Source: the human T2T-CHM13v2.0 reference genome, Homo sapiens. Taken from it: a DNA stretch of 64,000 nt. Positions 41,531 through 58,551 of this stretch are shown here, piece by piece (position 1 is the first letter of the stretch; each line of letters starts with the position of its first letter). The stretch is from the NCBI RefSeq assembly GCF_009914755.1, contig NC_060941.1; one strand, written 5' to 3'. The notes under the pieces are model-generated. The model was given only the letters and a program-made list of their open reading frames with translations. It had not been told where the DNA came from and did not search any database. Both the position numbers and the translations under genes were made by a program.

Positions 41531-41975
41531 TAACATTATATCAAGGAATCCTTGTCTTGGAGGAATTAACTCTGACAGCAAATGATGGTGGGTCCAGTGA
41601 TTCAGGGAAAAGTGTGGCGGGGCCTGAGTGAGCATCCTTTGAAGGGTTGCTCACTCACTCTTGTTGGTAATTCAGCAGCTCGGGCAATGGGGAAGAGGCT
41701 GCTGTTTCACAGGCCTTTAGTCCATACTCTGCAGCCAGTATTGCCGGCCTTCCCCTCTCTCCACACACCGACCAGGCTGCCCTTCCATGGCCAATTCCCC
41801 CTTTCAGGTTGCCCCTGATGTTCTATGATGGCTTGAGACTGGCTTTAGTCTTTGGATCTCTGCCTTCTTGTTTGTTTTGATCCCCCTTGGAAACTGTGAG
41901 TTGCAAGCTGCAGAAGTAGACTTTAAGATTGCTCAACACTGAATAAATAAAACCGTTTCTGATAGCCTGCAGTAA

Positions 41976-42152
<177 letters not shown>

Positions 42153-43488
42153 TGAGTTCATTCATACTCCACTGGGGGCTCAGGAAGGAAACTCAGAGTG
42201 CTATTGGTGTTAGACAAATAGGAGCTGGAAGTTGATGCTAAGTGAGGTCAGAGCACATGTCAGGGATGCCATGCTCTGTGGTACCCAGTGAAGCACCAAG
42301 AAGAGAAGAGAGTTAACGGATGGGTTTGATGGTGAGTATGATATAGTATCTCACATCTTCTTATTCAGCACCTACATCTGGGGAAGGTCTCCAGAAAACT
42401 TGAGGGCCTATCGAAGGGAATTATGCTGAGCCTTGCATAGAGTCAAGTATATGGAAAGGGTCTAGGAGGCAGAAGAACCTTCCTGGAAGGAAGGATGTGA
42501 CAGAAGGCATGCCACGGACCAGTCCAGGTGTCTGTTCCCTAGCCCTGCCTGAAAAGAGAAAAGCTGGATGTAAAAAACAAAGTAACCATTTTTCTGTCAT
42601 TCGGGGCATAGACTTTGAGGCTCCAGTGACAAAAAGGAAAGCTGAGAGTTGCTGGTGGGAGGCATGCTCCCCATTGCTGGGCAAAAACCACAGGAGACAG
42701 CCCAGCTCACATGCTGAGATCAATGCCACGGGGATCAGTGACACAACCTGGCTGTACTGTCTTGAGGGCGCTGCAGTCCTGGCTGAACTGGGAGATAGCG
42801 TGCTGGGAGCAGCAGCAGCATTCTGTGTGGAAATCCACGGCAGCCTTAGCAGTGGTGGGGTAGCACTTCATTCAAGCTGCCACATTGCCACAGACATCGA
42901 CAAGAAGCTCAGGGAAGAAGGACTTAGGAGGGCTATCTGTGAACACTCTGAGGACCTGAGCACTTCCAGTGGGGCTTTGGGAAGGTTACAAGGAGCAAGT
43001 AGAGAGACCAGGAGTCAGCAGCATTGAGTATCCAATTCACACTGACGCAACCTCATTTTTAACCACAGGTTGGGAGGCCTGGAGACAGAAGCAAAGAATC
43101 GAGAAAGCCCCTGATAACTATTCCAAGGCTTGATCAGATATGTGAGCCAGGAAAACTAAACGCAGCTCAAGTGCTTGAGATCTCTTGAATTTCCTTAGCC
43201 TCCTACCCCTCGAGAGACCTTTCCAAGGTTGCTCTCTGTAAGAAAAATGAGAGCGCCTCCCAACCTGCTCTAGCCAATAATTCATTCGGAAACAAGTTGC
43301 TTATCTCTTTGATCTGGGTCACGGAGGGTGCCCCTGTCTGAGCTGCTTGTATGCTGGGTACTCTCGCTAAGCCTCATTGACTGCACCGAGGGATGCTAGG
43401 GGAGGGACCATTTCCATATCTGCATTAGCCAGCTTTGGGTCAATTAAAGTAAAACTGAAAACAACTTGGTAGGCTGCTGGATAAGCAA

Positions 43489-44081
43489 TGTTGGGGCTCA
43501 GAAGTGGATACCCCAAAATATGGTGCTGTGAACATGCAGAACTGAAGCAGCCTCTAATTCTCTCTGACCTCTCCTCCTCCCCTCCCATCTCTGTCTCTCT
43601 CCAAGCATAGGATGAAGTTGTTCTCTGAAGTTCCTTTATCTGCCTGAAGTCCAAACCTGCCAAAAAAGAAAACAATGACCTCTGGTTCTTTCCCTGAGTT
43701 TCATTCACTGAACTGATATCGCAGGAAAAAAGACTGAAATCTGTCAACATACCTGGACAGACTTTTGTTACAAACCATTATCTGGTCTGCGGACTGTACA
43801 GACTTTGTCCTAGGCCCTTTGTATGTTCTTCAAGGCCATTGAATTCCCCAAAAAATCATTACTACCCCCCAAAATTGTTTATACTTCCACACCTCCCTAT
43901 CGCCTAAGAAGAAGGGTATCTTAGCACCCATACCCTACTGTGTGGTGGGAAGATCACTCTGATATCCTCCCATGCATGTTAATAAATATGTATGCCTTTT
44001 CTCCTATCAATTTGCCTTTTTCATTTGATTTTCAGCAAATATTCGGAAGGCAAACGGGAGATTTTTCCTTTGATCCCTACA
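43489..44081 (+). mobile_element. ERV1 MER4-group solo LTR (MER39/LTR48/LTR49-like)
   Basis: tgttggggctcagaa...ataccccaaaatatgg...aataaa...ccctaca; perfect 4-bp TSD gcaa. Confidence 0.8.
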
Positions 44082-44472
44082 GCAACTTTCCATATCTCAG
44101 TGTTTCCGGAAAAAGCAGTACTGGGTAGGCGTTGATCGGCAAAAGGTGTGACTGTAGCTGCTAAAACCAGCAGAGCGAGTGTCATCACCTCTGGTTGCTT
44201 TTCCTTCAGCCCTAAATACCCTCTCATCAAGCCTTCTTCCACCTACCAAACACCTCCCACCCATGAGTCCAAAGGTCTCTCTCCTCTTCCTGCGTCCCTC
44301 AGGTCTAAAGGACATGGTAAGCCGCTAGGATTTCTTCCTCTAAGTTAATGGGTAGGCTGCTTGCCTATGTTATGCCTGTGTGGCAGGGTCAAAGCGGTTC
44401 TGGCTTCTGGTTTAGTAGTACTGTCTGAGCACAGCTGTTCAACAGACTTAAGTGTAGAAATTCCAGCACACA

Positions 44473-44882
<410 letters not shown>

Positions 44883-44893
44883 TTAAAAATGTC

Positions 44894-45192
<299 letters not shown>

Positions 45193-45639
45193 TTATTGTT
45201 CCAAAAAAAAAAAACCCTCAAACAAAATTAAAAATTAAAACAAAACTTCACCCAGAATTGCACCACGAAAACACATCATTTGTTTTCATTTTCCAGCTTT
45301 CTTTCCTTCGCACATTTATAAGTATCATTTACATAGTCATAACCATAACAGAGATAGGTTCTTTCTGTCATTTTCACTTAATAGTCTACCATTATTTTTT
45401 CCAAGTTATTATACAGTTTTTCTAATTATAATTTTAATGAACATGTATTCCATGGAGTTGATGTTCAATAATCCACTTAACATCCACTTAATAAAAATTC
45501 TCCAAGTCATTCTGGAAGCTGCGTCTCCAGCCCCAGGTCTTTGGCAAGCCTTACACAGATGCACCAGGTCTCAGAGAACATGCCCTCCTCTGACATTGAG
45601 AGCATCCTGTCTCCATTTGCCAGACTCCCAGCAAATATC

Positions 45640-45800
45640 CCTTTGTATTTCCTAACGTGTCTACATGCAGATGTGTTGTCTCTCTTTCCTAGATACTGAT
45701 AGCCTCATAGACAAAACCAAGTCCCTTTCACCTCTGAATCCCCTACACTTAGCAGAATACCTGACATTTTATGGTGCTCGGTAAAAGTGGATAATTAACA
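45640..45800 (+). mobile_element. L2 3' end
   Basis: cacctctgaatcccct...cttagcagaatacctgaca...ggtgctcggtaaa. Confidence 0.6.
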
Positions 45801-45889
45801 ACAATAACAGCAATGCTTGTAGCATGAGAGCTCTTCATTACAAGCCACAGAAATACTACTACTCTGCATAAATTTAGCAGAAAAGGAGC

Positions 45890-46520
<631 letters not shown>

Positions 46521-47347
46521 CCAATAGGCAAGACCTCGGGTGATGGAAATGTGGCCGCCAGGGCACTGATAAGCCAGGAAACACCCAGGCATTACTCAGC
46601 TTGTCAGGCACTGAGGCACAAACAGCTGCAAGTGGATGTGGCTGCTCTTCCTTTGATCCTAGGGAAATGTCTTAACATATCAATTAGACAACTCCTGGTG
46701 ACTTCACAGGGACTTCGAATGAGAAGATTCTACTGAAAGAATAACCACCATTCCAGGCTTCTCTGTTCTGGCAAAGCTCCTAGGCACTCAGGAGGCTGGA
46801 GTGAGGGATACAAATAACACAAACCAGAGTTTGAGATGGCACGGATTCTGCCTTTTCGTACTCTTGCTGGAACATGGCAGAGAGTGGAGTGTGGGCCAAG
46901 GGGCTAAGGTCCCCATCAGGGATCCCTGGATTTTGAGGGTGGAGAAAGGAGGGCACGTGGCTTCCCTTTTGGCTGGTTTAATCCTCATCCTCCATCTGCC
47001 CTTCATCAGTGAATGCCTCTGCTTGTCCAGGTTGAGCTCGGCAGCTGGAAGCATGTAGACAACAGGCTTTACCTGAGTCGGAGCTGTCCATGAGCTGGAA
47101 ATGAACGGTTCTCACCACTTAAAGTGAAATCACCTGAATGAACAAGAATTGGGTTAGAGATTTTGCCTAAGGCTGGATATAAATTTTTTTAGTACCAGGA
47201 AGTGCATAGAAGTGGAGGTTGAATGATCCTTTCTTTCTTCATGTTCTATATATGGACCCATGATTTCCTTACTAGAAAGACTTGTGTCTGATGAGCCCGC
47301 AGACTATGGAGAGGCAAGCAGGATTACCTAAAGAAGAACCCATGATA

Positions 47348-47668
<321 letters not shown>

Positions 47669-48259
47669 CTAGCTGAGACGGGAGGCTCCCTTCTCCTTAT
47701 GGAGAGAATTTGCACATGATTTCAACTTCCAAAGTCTCCAGATGCTAGCCAGTTGGCATTTTCCAGCACAGTTGGCCCAGCCAAGGTTAGATTTTGTTCC
47801 CAAGTCCGTAATGTTTATTTGCTGCCTGCAAAATCACTCTCATACTTGCTCTGTAAAATTAGAGAGTGAAAGGGAGGCGAGGTCTCTTTCCTGGTGCACA
47901 ACCTCATGGTGCATCCAGGGGGTCTTGTACAGATCTCAATACTGTTCTGTAACATGACAGGAGAGAAAGGGCAACCCGTGATGCCGCTGACCCTTTTGCC
48001 TTTGAACATCAGCATGCACCAAGTACTGTGTGCTGGTGTTCACCTAAACACTGCAAATAGTTCTTCCGCTAGAACCCCAAAGTGGGAAACATCTTAAACA
48101 CAGAAAGAAATGCAGTTGATGAACAGCCAAAGTAACTGGCAACATTCATTATATTTCTAACAATTAAAAGGATTTGGGGAAAGGTCCATCGGACAATTCT
48201 GGCCAGTGTCCAAGTTTATTCAATGCAGTATAACTGGGTCATTTTAAATAGCAGATTTA

Positions 48260-48485
48260 GTCAGAAAGACTTGAGCTTAAATTTCACATTTGTCACCCAC
48301 TAGATGTATAATAAAAAAAAATTACTTAACCTCTATGATCCTCAGTTTATTATTTATAAACTTGAGATGATTACATCAGCTTCAACCAGGTGTCATGCAG
48401 CTTAAGTAAAATCACCCATGTGTTGCACTTTGTGCAATGACTGGAAATATAACAAATTCCCAATAAATAATTGTAACTATTATTT
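48260..48485 (+). mobile_element. MIR
   Basis: ttacttaacctctatgatcctcagttt core. Confidence 0.65.
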
Positions 48486-49005
48486 ATAATGCTGTTAACA
48501 TGAACAAAGGTGGTAATAAAGAAAAAAATGACAAATGGACAACTCTGGTTCCTGGAGGACAGCCTCAAATCTGCCAGATCACTTCAACCAGCTTTTCTCC
48601 TGAATGAGGATGGTCGTAGCATCCCAGAACTGTGATCTACAAACCCATACAGCCTAGCAAAATGTGGCTGCTTTCAGCAATGGCATCAAGGCAGGAATAA
48701 ATATTGTAGTAAAAAAAAATGAGAGGTGGAAAGACAAATAATTATCTTTGAAATGACTTGGCTTAGGTCTGAAAACTCCGATCCCACGGATGACCGAAAA
48801 TGTAATCTTACTAATTCAAAACAATTTGTTCACTCCTGTTTAAAACTTACTCTCATTTAGGTAAATCCTTTGCCTGGCATGAGCAGAGCACATCTTAGAG
48901 GTGGCTGAGGCTGAGATGTTGCTGGGATTCCCACGCCTTCGACATCTGCCCCTGACCTTCTAGGCCCCATGCTACAGCCACTGGATTGTCATCCCTCCAG
49001 CCCAG

Positions 49006-49550
49006 TGTTACTGGAATCAAAAGAACCCAAGGGAGGTTTCTTGGATCTCATTCAAGAAAGAAATCAGGGCGAGTCCATCAAGTAAAGTGAAAGGCAAGTT
49101 TATTAAGAAAGTAAAGGAGTAAAAGAATAGTTACTCCATAGACAGAACAGCCCTGTGGGTTGCTGGTTGCCCATTTTTATGGTTATTTCTTGATGATATG
49201 CTAAACAAGGGTGGATTATTCATGCCTCCCCCTTTTAGACCATATAGGGTAACTTTCTGATGTTGCCATGGCATTTGTAAACCGTCATGGCACTGGTGGG
49301 AGTGTATCAGCGAGGATGACCAGACGTCACTCTTGTCGCCATCTTGGTTTTGGTGGGGTTTAGCTGGCTTCTTTACTGCAAACTGTTTTATCAGCAAGGT
49401 CTTTATGACCTGTATCTTGTGGCAACCTCCTGTCTCACCCTGTGACTTAGAATGCGTTAACAGTCTGGGAGTACAGCCCAGTAGGTCTCAGCCTCATTTT
49501 ACCCAGCTCCTATTCAAGATGGAGTTACTCTGGTTCAAACGCCTCTGACA
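49006..49550 (-). mobile_element. MER41A-like (ERV1) solo LTR
   Basis: caagatggagttactctggttcaaacgcctctgaca terminus; TSD ccag/ccat; ~545 bp. Confidence 0.9.
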
Positions 49551-52274
49551 CCATGGCTGCTTCTGGTAAGCAGACCTCTCTGCAACTTGGATGTTTCTGC
49601 CCTCTCTAGTAAAATTCAGTTGCTCTCACTCCCTTTGAGGCAGGATTTTGTTCTTCAAATTCCTCTTTGTAATCAATGTTTGCCCTCTTTCTTCAGGATT
49701 TTCCTCCTGATCTTCTAGCCAAGCTTTTGGGAATTCAAATATTTACTTTTTTTCTTTACAAGCGCCTGATTCTTGGAAGAAAGCTCTATGGCATTCATGA
49801 TTGCAGAATCTGCTATAGATTTACCAGAACAACAAATGACTAATTAAAAGTTCAAATGCTGGAACTTGACTCTTTTGTTAACTTTGTACCATCTGTAGCC
49901 TAAGGGCAGTGTACATGAAAAGCCTTTTCTTCAGTGATAAAGGGAAAGGTGTAGGGAAAAAGAGATCAAAGTAATCACACACATAATATCAAAATACTTT
50001 TCACTGCAAATACAATTATTTCTGCCTATATCTTCTGCCTGTAGCGCAAGGCTAGCTCAGGCTGTGGCCCAGAAAATATCCCCTTGGCATTCCCACATCC
50101 TTTGTGGATGCCCCAACTTCAGCAAGACAGACACCAAGTGAGAGTTTCAGAGCTTCTCAAGTGGAATCTGGAAAGCACACCAGTGGAAATGTTGCAAAGA
50201 GTGTCTGCCATGTTTGTTTCTAAGTTAGGAGGGTGAGCTGGGAATACTGATGGGATCGCAAAACCCATCACCACCTAGGAAAGGCAGAAAGATATAATAA
50301 AGAATTAGGAAATCTCTTCCACAATTTAGAGGCCACTCTGCTGTGCTTGGCTAATAGTCGACTTGCTCTTTGGTGTGTCTGGCAAGAGGTTAGAAGATTC
50401 AAAACAGATTATCAGCAAGGAGTTGACTTGGACTCTGCCTGTGTTATTTTTACTTCTTGACTCAACCTCCCTTGTTTGAATGCAAGAGGCTGCTGCAGAC
50501 ATAGGACATTTACTCCCCAACTGTATTGTCCCAACTACAGGACCCTCCTGTAGTTCTAAGTGCCTCCTAATATTTAGGCTGATACTTTTCTCCAAGTCAG
50601 GAAAATGGCTCTAAGTAGAGTCCTTGTACCATATTGCGCTTCCATCTGTCAACTTTGCCTTCCCTAGAGCCACACAGAACCCTGCTGTCCACAGCCCAAT
50701 CTCCTGTCCATCCCTCTTCTGTCACAAAACTGCCAAGTCCAAATGGGAAAGCCCTTGGGAAGGAGAATCTCTGAGGATCTGCAGTAGAGCCAAGATTTGA
50801 AGACAGTGGTCCTAGTTCCAGGTTTGGTGTCCTCTCTGCTGTGTCAATCTATAGCTCCCAAGATTTAAATCTAGCTCAGTGCCCCAGCCCCAGCAGCAAC
50901 AAAGATAAAAGCCATCTGCTAGACCCTCTGCTGCAGGCCCCTGCAGCAATTGCACTTTACTGCCTTATAACAAGGAAGTGGCGGTTATGCTGGGAGCAAT
51001 TACCCGAGCTTAAAAACATCAGCTTAGATAAAATTAGATTTGACCTGAGAGATTGTTCCAAACACCAACTTAACTGCCTTTGATGTTCTGAATCCCATCA
51101 AATTGCACATAGTTCTCTCTTCCTGGCTTTAAAGTCAATCTCTTCATCAGAGAAGTGAGAAAGACCTGTTTTTCCTGAACATCTTTAAAGCCCTTTCCCC
51201 GCAGGTGTTGTAACAGGCTGGCAGATGTGGTGTCTGCTAGTTGTATCAAATACCACAGCACTTGAGCCAGGGATATTAGCTGAGTTATCACTCTGAAAGT
51301 TTGCGCCCAGAGTCATAGACTGATGAAAGGGACAATCCCTGTCCCTTACAGGTGGAGAGTCCAAGGGCCAGAGAAGTCCTGTGACCTGCTCAAGGCAGAT
51401 GGGTCAAAATGCCAGAAGCAAGACTTCATCCCAGAACTCCACTCTTCCTATGCCATCCTCTTCCATGCTTTCATGATGACTTCTTACATCTGGGCCAGAT
51501 TTTGACTTAGGGCTTTCACAATTTGAGGAACAGAGAAGTAACTAATTGGGAGAGGCAATATTTGAATACTGAAATTTTGATTTCAGAATGTATTGACTTT
51601 TTATACTACAATAAAGAAGGATGATAGATTAGGATGGCAGGAGCAAAGGAGTAAGTAAGTTCCTTGACAAATGGGACATGCCCATCCTCTTTCCTGCTTT
51701 ATGCCCAGCATTAACTCTATGTTTAACACATAGTAGGTGCTCAGTAAATAATTGGGAGAGAAGGACAAGAAGGGAAGGAAGGAATAACAGGAAATAAATG
51801 GGCAGTTATATGAAGGCACTCTTGCTCTGAGGTCTATGGGTTTTATAGTCACTTCTTTAGCCTAAGATTTTTCTCTAATGTCTGGTTTTTGATTTTGGGA
51901 TTTTTTTGTTTATTTTAGTTTTCAGGTTTGTTTGTTTCTTGTTTTGCCTAAGTTAAAGAGATTTTGAAGTTCTCAGAAGTCTAACTTCTGGATAAGTGGA
52001 AAGTTGTGAATTTTATTGAGTAATTCTTTTTGATTAATTTTCCCAACCTCGCATAATAATAGCTAGGGTTAGCAGTAAAGGAAAAAAAAAATGTGGCTTC
52101 CACCCAAGTATATGGAGTTCCATTCCAATCCTCTTCCCTTTTATGTCCTCCCATTTTCCCTGGTACTTTTGGTCTCTTTGTGCTCCATATGAAATCTACT
52201 TGGGCTATATGTGATTCCTTTTGGGTCTAGATTTCCAATAAGCAAATCTGACTAAAGGACCCAAATTGAGATCC

Positions 52275-52920
<646 letters not shown>

Positions 52921-53424
52921 TTAAAATCGAATCAATAAGAATAAAGTCCAAAGTCCTCAATGTGGCTTATAGTTATCTGCCTACTCATCCAATCCCATCC
53001 CTTATCACTTTTGTGCCTTTTCGGTGTACGCAGACACAAAGGCCTTCTTTTAGTAACTAGAATCCTTGAAGCCTGTTTCCCTCATAGGACATTTGTACTT
53101 GCTGTTCCCTATGATTAAAGCATTCTTCTTCAAGTTATTCATATGGCTACTTTAATACCAGCATTTAAGTTGCAGCTCAAATGCTTTGTATGAGAGAGGC
53201 GCTATTATAAATCAGAGGCGCTGTACAAATCAGGAACTATTCTGTAATGGCTAAGTAACTTATCCAAGGCCATACAACTTGCAAATGAAGTTGCCAAAAA
53301 TTGAACCCAGGTAGTTTTGGCGTGTAGACCCAGTGTCTCACACTGCCTCTCTCACTCTATGAACTGATCTTATTTATACATTTACATGCCTCCGTCTTTT
53401 TGTACTAGAATATACTCTCTGTGA

Positions 53425-54242
<818 letters not shown>

Positions 54243-55179
54243 GGCACCTAGGCAATATTTTTTTTTTGATTGAATAAATGAGAAAAATCTGGAGAGAGAG
54301 AACGTGTGCATAAAGAAGATAAGAGGTATACTACTTTTAGGTAAGGAAATAGCATGGAGGTTTATTTAACTGTGACCTCTGAGAACTATGCCCCTATTTT
54401 TATCCCTTCCCTCAAAGTAGTGATAGAATTGTTGGAAATATAGGTCAGATAGGAACAGATATGTTGGCTGGATAGTAAGAAATGGGGGAAAATTGAGGGT
54501 TTGGTGGGGGCGGGGGTGAGGAATCCTTGTGTTATGCCCCAAATTATCAGATATAAATGACTGCCCACTCCTAACCAAGGAAGATAATGGGTATCACTTC
54601 ATGGAGGTCCTTTCCACAGAGCAGTGATCACTGAACAGCAGGAAAATAACTTCCTGAAAGGTCCCCATGGTGTCAATAACCTAGGAGTCCTCTCCAGCTG
54701 ATCAAGCCTAGATGGCCGCAGCAGATGGTGTTAATGAGCCTGAAATGACTCAAGCTATTCCTGCAGTCTGCTGTCTGCCAGCAGCTCCCTCTTGGCCACA
54801 GGTCACTGATCTCTTCTCAGTCAAGTGCCAGGGTGCTCACTGGACTATGTCACCTCGCCTGGTAGGTTTTCTAAGATGGCAGTGGTTTTAAGTCAATGAT
54901 TGCTGCTCCTGGCCGGAGCTTCTCAGGCATGTCCCAAACTGGCTGTGCTCCTCAAGGGAGGAGTCTGGATTTGCCCTTTGAGTTTCTGATTCATAGGGCA
55001 GTCTCCAGCTGCTGCTCATCACACCCTGCTTTTTTTCCTAGCCTTTGAAAAGAAGCCACATGATTCAATTGTTGACGGTTCTCCTCGCTTTCTAGCAAAT
55101 AAACCCTCACAGCTTCAATGGAATCAGTGATGATGGTTTGGGCTTAGAAAGTTATAATGTGGCTTACTCATCCCAAATA

Positions 55180-55420
55180 GTAACTAACATATATTGATTA
55201 CTTTTTCTGTGCCAGAGACTTTTCTAAGCCTTTAACAAACATTATCTCATTGAATTTCAGAATAATTCTAGGTCATAGGAACTTTATTATCCCCATTGCA
55301 CAAATGAAGAACTGAGGGGTAGAGAAGTTAATATCTTATTCAAAGCCTTATAGGCAGCAAATGGCATAGCTTATATCTGTCAAATTTCAAAGTTGGAGTT
55401 TTTAGTAGCTTACCTATTGG
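55180..55420 (-). mobile_element. MIR
   Basis: ttatccccattgcacaaatgaagaactgagg...agagaagttaa. Confidence 0.7.
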
Positions 55421-55442
55421 GCTATGTTGACATGTTCATGAC

Positions 55443-55763
55443 TTTCTTTTTTTATTATTATTTATTTATTTATTTATTTTTGAGACGGAGTCTTGCCCCG
55501 TCGCCCAGGCTGGAGTGCAGTGGCGCGATCTCGGCTCAATGCAAGCTCTGCCTCCCCAGTTCAGGCCATTCTCCTGTCTCAGCCTCATGAGTAGCTGGGA
55601 CTAGAGGCACCCGCCACCACTCCCGGGTGATTTTTTGTATTTTTAGTAGAGATGGGATTTCACCGTGTTAGCCAGGATGGTCTCGATCTCCTGACCTCGT
55701 GATCCGCCTGCCTCAGCCTCCCAAAGTGCTGGGATTACAGGCATGAGCCACCATGCCCGGACC
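55443..55763 (-). mobile_element. AluY
   Basis: TSD gacatgttcatRacttt. Confidence 0.95.
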
Positions 55764-55899
55764 GACATGTTCATAACTTTTGACCTCTCCAAATATTCCC
55801 TAATGTGAGAGTTGAAAGTACACACCACTACCTGTCAATACATCTGCTGTGTTACAGGATGATTTCCTAAAGTATGGTTTCTTTAAAAAAAAAAGTTAC

Positions 55900-56225
55900 T
55901 TTCCTGTCATTGCAATAGTTTGCTCAGAATGATGGTTTCCAGCTTCATCCATGTTCCTACAAAGGACATGAACTCATCCTTTTTTATGGCCACATAGTAT
56001 TCCATAGTGTATATGTGTCACATTTTCTTAATCCAGTCCATCATTGATGGACATTTGAGTTGGGGGGGGGAGGAGTGGGGAGGGATAGCACTAGGAGATA
56101 TACCTAATGTAAATGACGAGTTAATGGGTGCAGCACACCAACATGGCACATGTATACATCTGTAACAAACCTGCGCGTTGTGCACATGTACCCTAGAACT
56201 TTAAGCATAATAATAATGCAAAAAA
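55900..56225. mobile_element. L1PA4/5 3' fragment with 5' inversion (twin priming)
   Basis: Antisense ORF2-end segment (~55900-56063) joined to sense 3'UTR and A-tail; TSD-like aaaa(c)agttac..ttt. Confidence 0.9.
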
Positions 56226-57750
56226 CAGTTACATTTTCTAATATGGAAACCTCACCACCTGAAACCAAAGATACAGAGACATCTGTTGCTTCTAGCCTTG
56301 GTCAGAATTGACTTAGAAACTGAGTGTCAGAAATGATCAGTTCTGAGGCATAGCCCACTGACCAGATAGGCAGAGAGGATAAATTTTAAATAAACTCTGT
56401 TAAGTCCAACAAAGATATATTTTAACAATGACTTTCTAAACGCACGATTGTATTAGTTGATGCCAGAACTGCAAAGGAATATAACAAGGTGTGCTGGATG
56501 CTTTATTCCTAGGATAAGTAGAGATGAATCTTGAGTTAGTCCAATTCAGCCCCACTTCAACTATGAATACAGCATTTTGCTTCTAAACCATCACCATCAT
56601 TTTATTTATCTAAACCACCATCATCTCTATCTCAAAGAGCTTCTAAGTGTTCTGGGTCATTCTAGGAGGATTCTTCACATGGCAAGGTGGAGGAGGGCTG
56701 CACAGAGTGTCAAAGTGCAGGTGCACATCACTCCTAATCAATAATGTCCTGGCAGCTATCAGTGAAATTTACTCACTGGAGGGTGAAGAGATGAACATTC
56801 TTTTAGTTTCTTGGCATACGGAATGTTCAGTTTTCACTTGCATGGGAATGGAATACCTTCAGATAATGCAACTTTCATATGCCACTCTGGTACTGGGGAC
56901 AGATGCAGCTCACATTGGCATAGGGTGGACAGTCCTTTATTAGTAGCTCAGCTGTCATCTCTTTGGTTCCACATCCAGCCCATGGTATCTTTATCTAGTC
57001 TGAGAGTGTGAAAACTGTTTTGCATCTTCTTCCAACTATATTGGTCTTATATCCTGGATGCTAGCTTTAAAAATCCAAAAGTCAAACATTTAGCTCTGTT
57101 GCTGTTTCTGCTTTGAAAACTCTCCTTAAAGTTTAGTTGCCTAAGCTGGAGGGAGATGCTTCTATGTGTGTTTGCAATGATCTCTGTAATATTTCCCTTG
57201 TCTAATTAGACACAAGAATTTCCAGTCACAGCCACAGATTGTCAACCAGAGGTCTCCCCCATGGGGGACTGCCATAAGCTTAAAGCAGGAAGGGGCAGAG
57301 AATGTGTGCTTCTGGCAGGCAAACAGGCTCTTAATGGAAAATAAGGAAGGGGCTGAGGTAAGCATGCTCACTTTTCTTCTAAACACATCAATCAGTCATT
57401 CCTCCCTCTCTGTGATGAAGACTGGGAGCATGGAGAAAACCTATACAAGTTCCTTCTATGACTTTTGCCACTGTGTAACAAAGTGAGAATTTCCTCTTCT
57501 ATGGAAACTTGAACAGTGGGAAAAGGGTGCCAACTTTCCTTCATACTCAGCAACAGAGTGAGGATCACTAGAATAGAGGTGCAATGGTAGGCTATAACTC
57601 CATACAGAAGAGGAACTTCTATATGGAGTTCAAGTGGGAAGTATGAAAAGGGCAGAATAAAGTAGACCAGACCTCTTATTTTCATGCTATGGAGTTAAGT
57701 TTCAACACCACCTCAAAACCCCTCTGTTGTAAGTAAAGAAGAAGAAGGAC

Positions 57751-57822
57751 AGTGAGCCAAGATCATGCCATTGCACTCCAGCCTACGCAACAAGAGCAAA
57801 ACTCTGTCTCAAAAAAAGAAAA
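57751..57822 (+). mobile_element. Alu 3' fragment (heavily 5'-truncated)
   Basis: agtgagccaagatc...actctgtctcaaaa; TSD aagaagaagga. Confidence 0.85.
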
Positions 57823-58016
57823 AGAAGAAGGAAAAAAAATGAAACAAAACAAAACTCTAGCTAGACAGAGTTTCATGCTTGGTTTCTCTTTCTACAACTT
57901 TAAATACTTTTCTGGAATAAATAAACATGTGCTAAGTGCTTCCACTGGAAATTTCAACCACAGCTCTACATCTCTTGGTCAATTAATCAACTAGTCAGTG
58001 AAAATGCACTGACTTT

Positions 58017-58110
58017 GTAATCCCAGCTACCAGGAGGCTAAGGCTAATGCAGGAGGATTGCTTGAGCCCAGGCATTTGAGGCTGCAGTGAGCTGCAATTG
58101 TGCCACTGCG
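58017..58110 (+). mobile_element. FLAM/FAM or AluJ monomer fragment
   Basis: ggaggattgcttgagcccagg...gaggctgcagtgagct. Confidence 0.8.
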
Positions 58111-58309
58111 CTGAGAGAGCTGCTACCTAACAGTAGTGTACTCCAAATCAACTGAGTGTTGTGTTTACTTGCTCTTGGCTGTGCTAGAACCCAAAGATCT
58201 TTGGTTACTGAGATTAGACTGGTAACTTTGGATACTGAGATTAGAATTTGAAGAATAGGTAACAATAGGCAGGAAAGATAGTTACCCATATGGTATGAAA
58301 TTATAATGA

Positions 58310-58520
58310 AATGACTGCATTTATTGAATACTTCTGTGAGTCAGACATTCAATTACATGCTTTACATGTGTTACCTAATTTAATGAGAGAGGAGAAATTA
58401 TCCTCAATTAACAGATAATAAAGTAGAAGTTGAAGAGGTTAATAATTTGTTCAGGATTAAATAGCAAACAAGTGGAGGACAACTCGAAACCAAGTCTATT
58501 TAATTTTTAAACCCAAGTTC
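58310..58520 (-). mobile_element. MIR
   Basis: catttattgaatactt...tttacatgtgttacctaatttaat...ttaacagata. Confidence 0.6.
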
Positions 58521-58551
58521 TTATATCTCCTAAGGGATAGAACTTCTTTTG

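Noticed and set aside
42497-43027. 176-aa ORF in GC-moderate sequence
   Set aside because: GTG start, no recognisable homology, and possibly ancient LTR-derived sequence
49006-49550. Interferon-inducible MER41 enhancer
   Set aside because: Length and sequence are MER41A-like, and I do not see the tandem GAS (TTCNNNGAA) motifs characteristic of MER41B
54705-54732. Second CTCF site (gcagcagatggtg)
   Set aside because: Two mismatches at informative core positions; too weak without ChIP data
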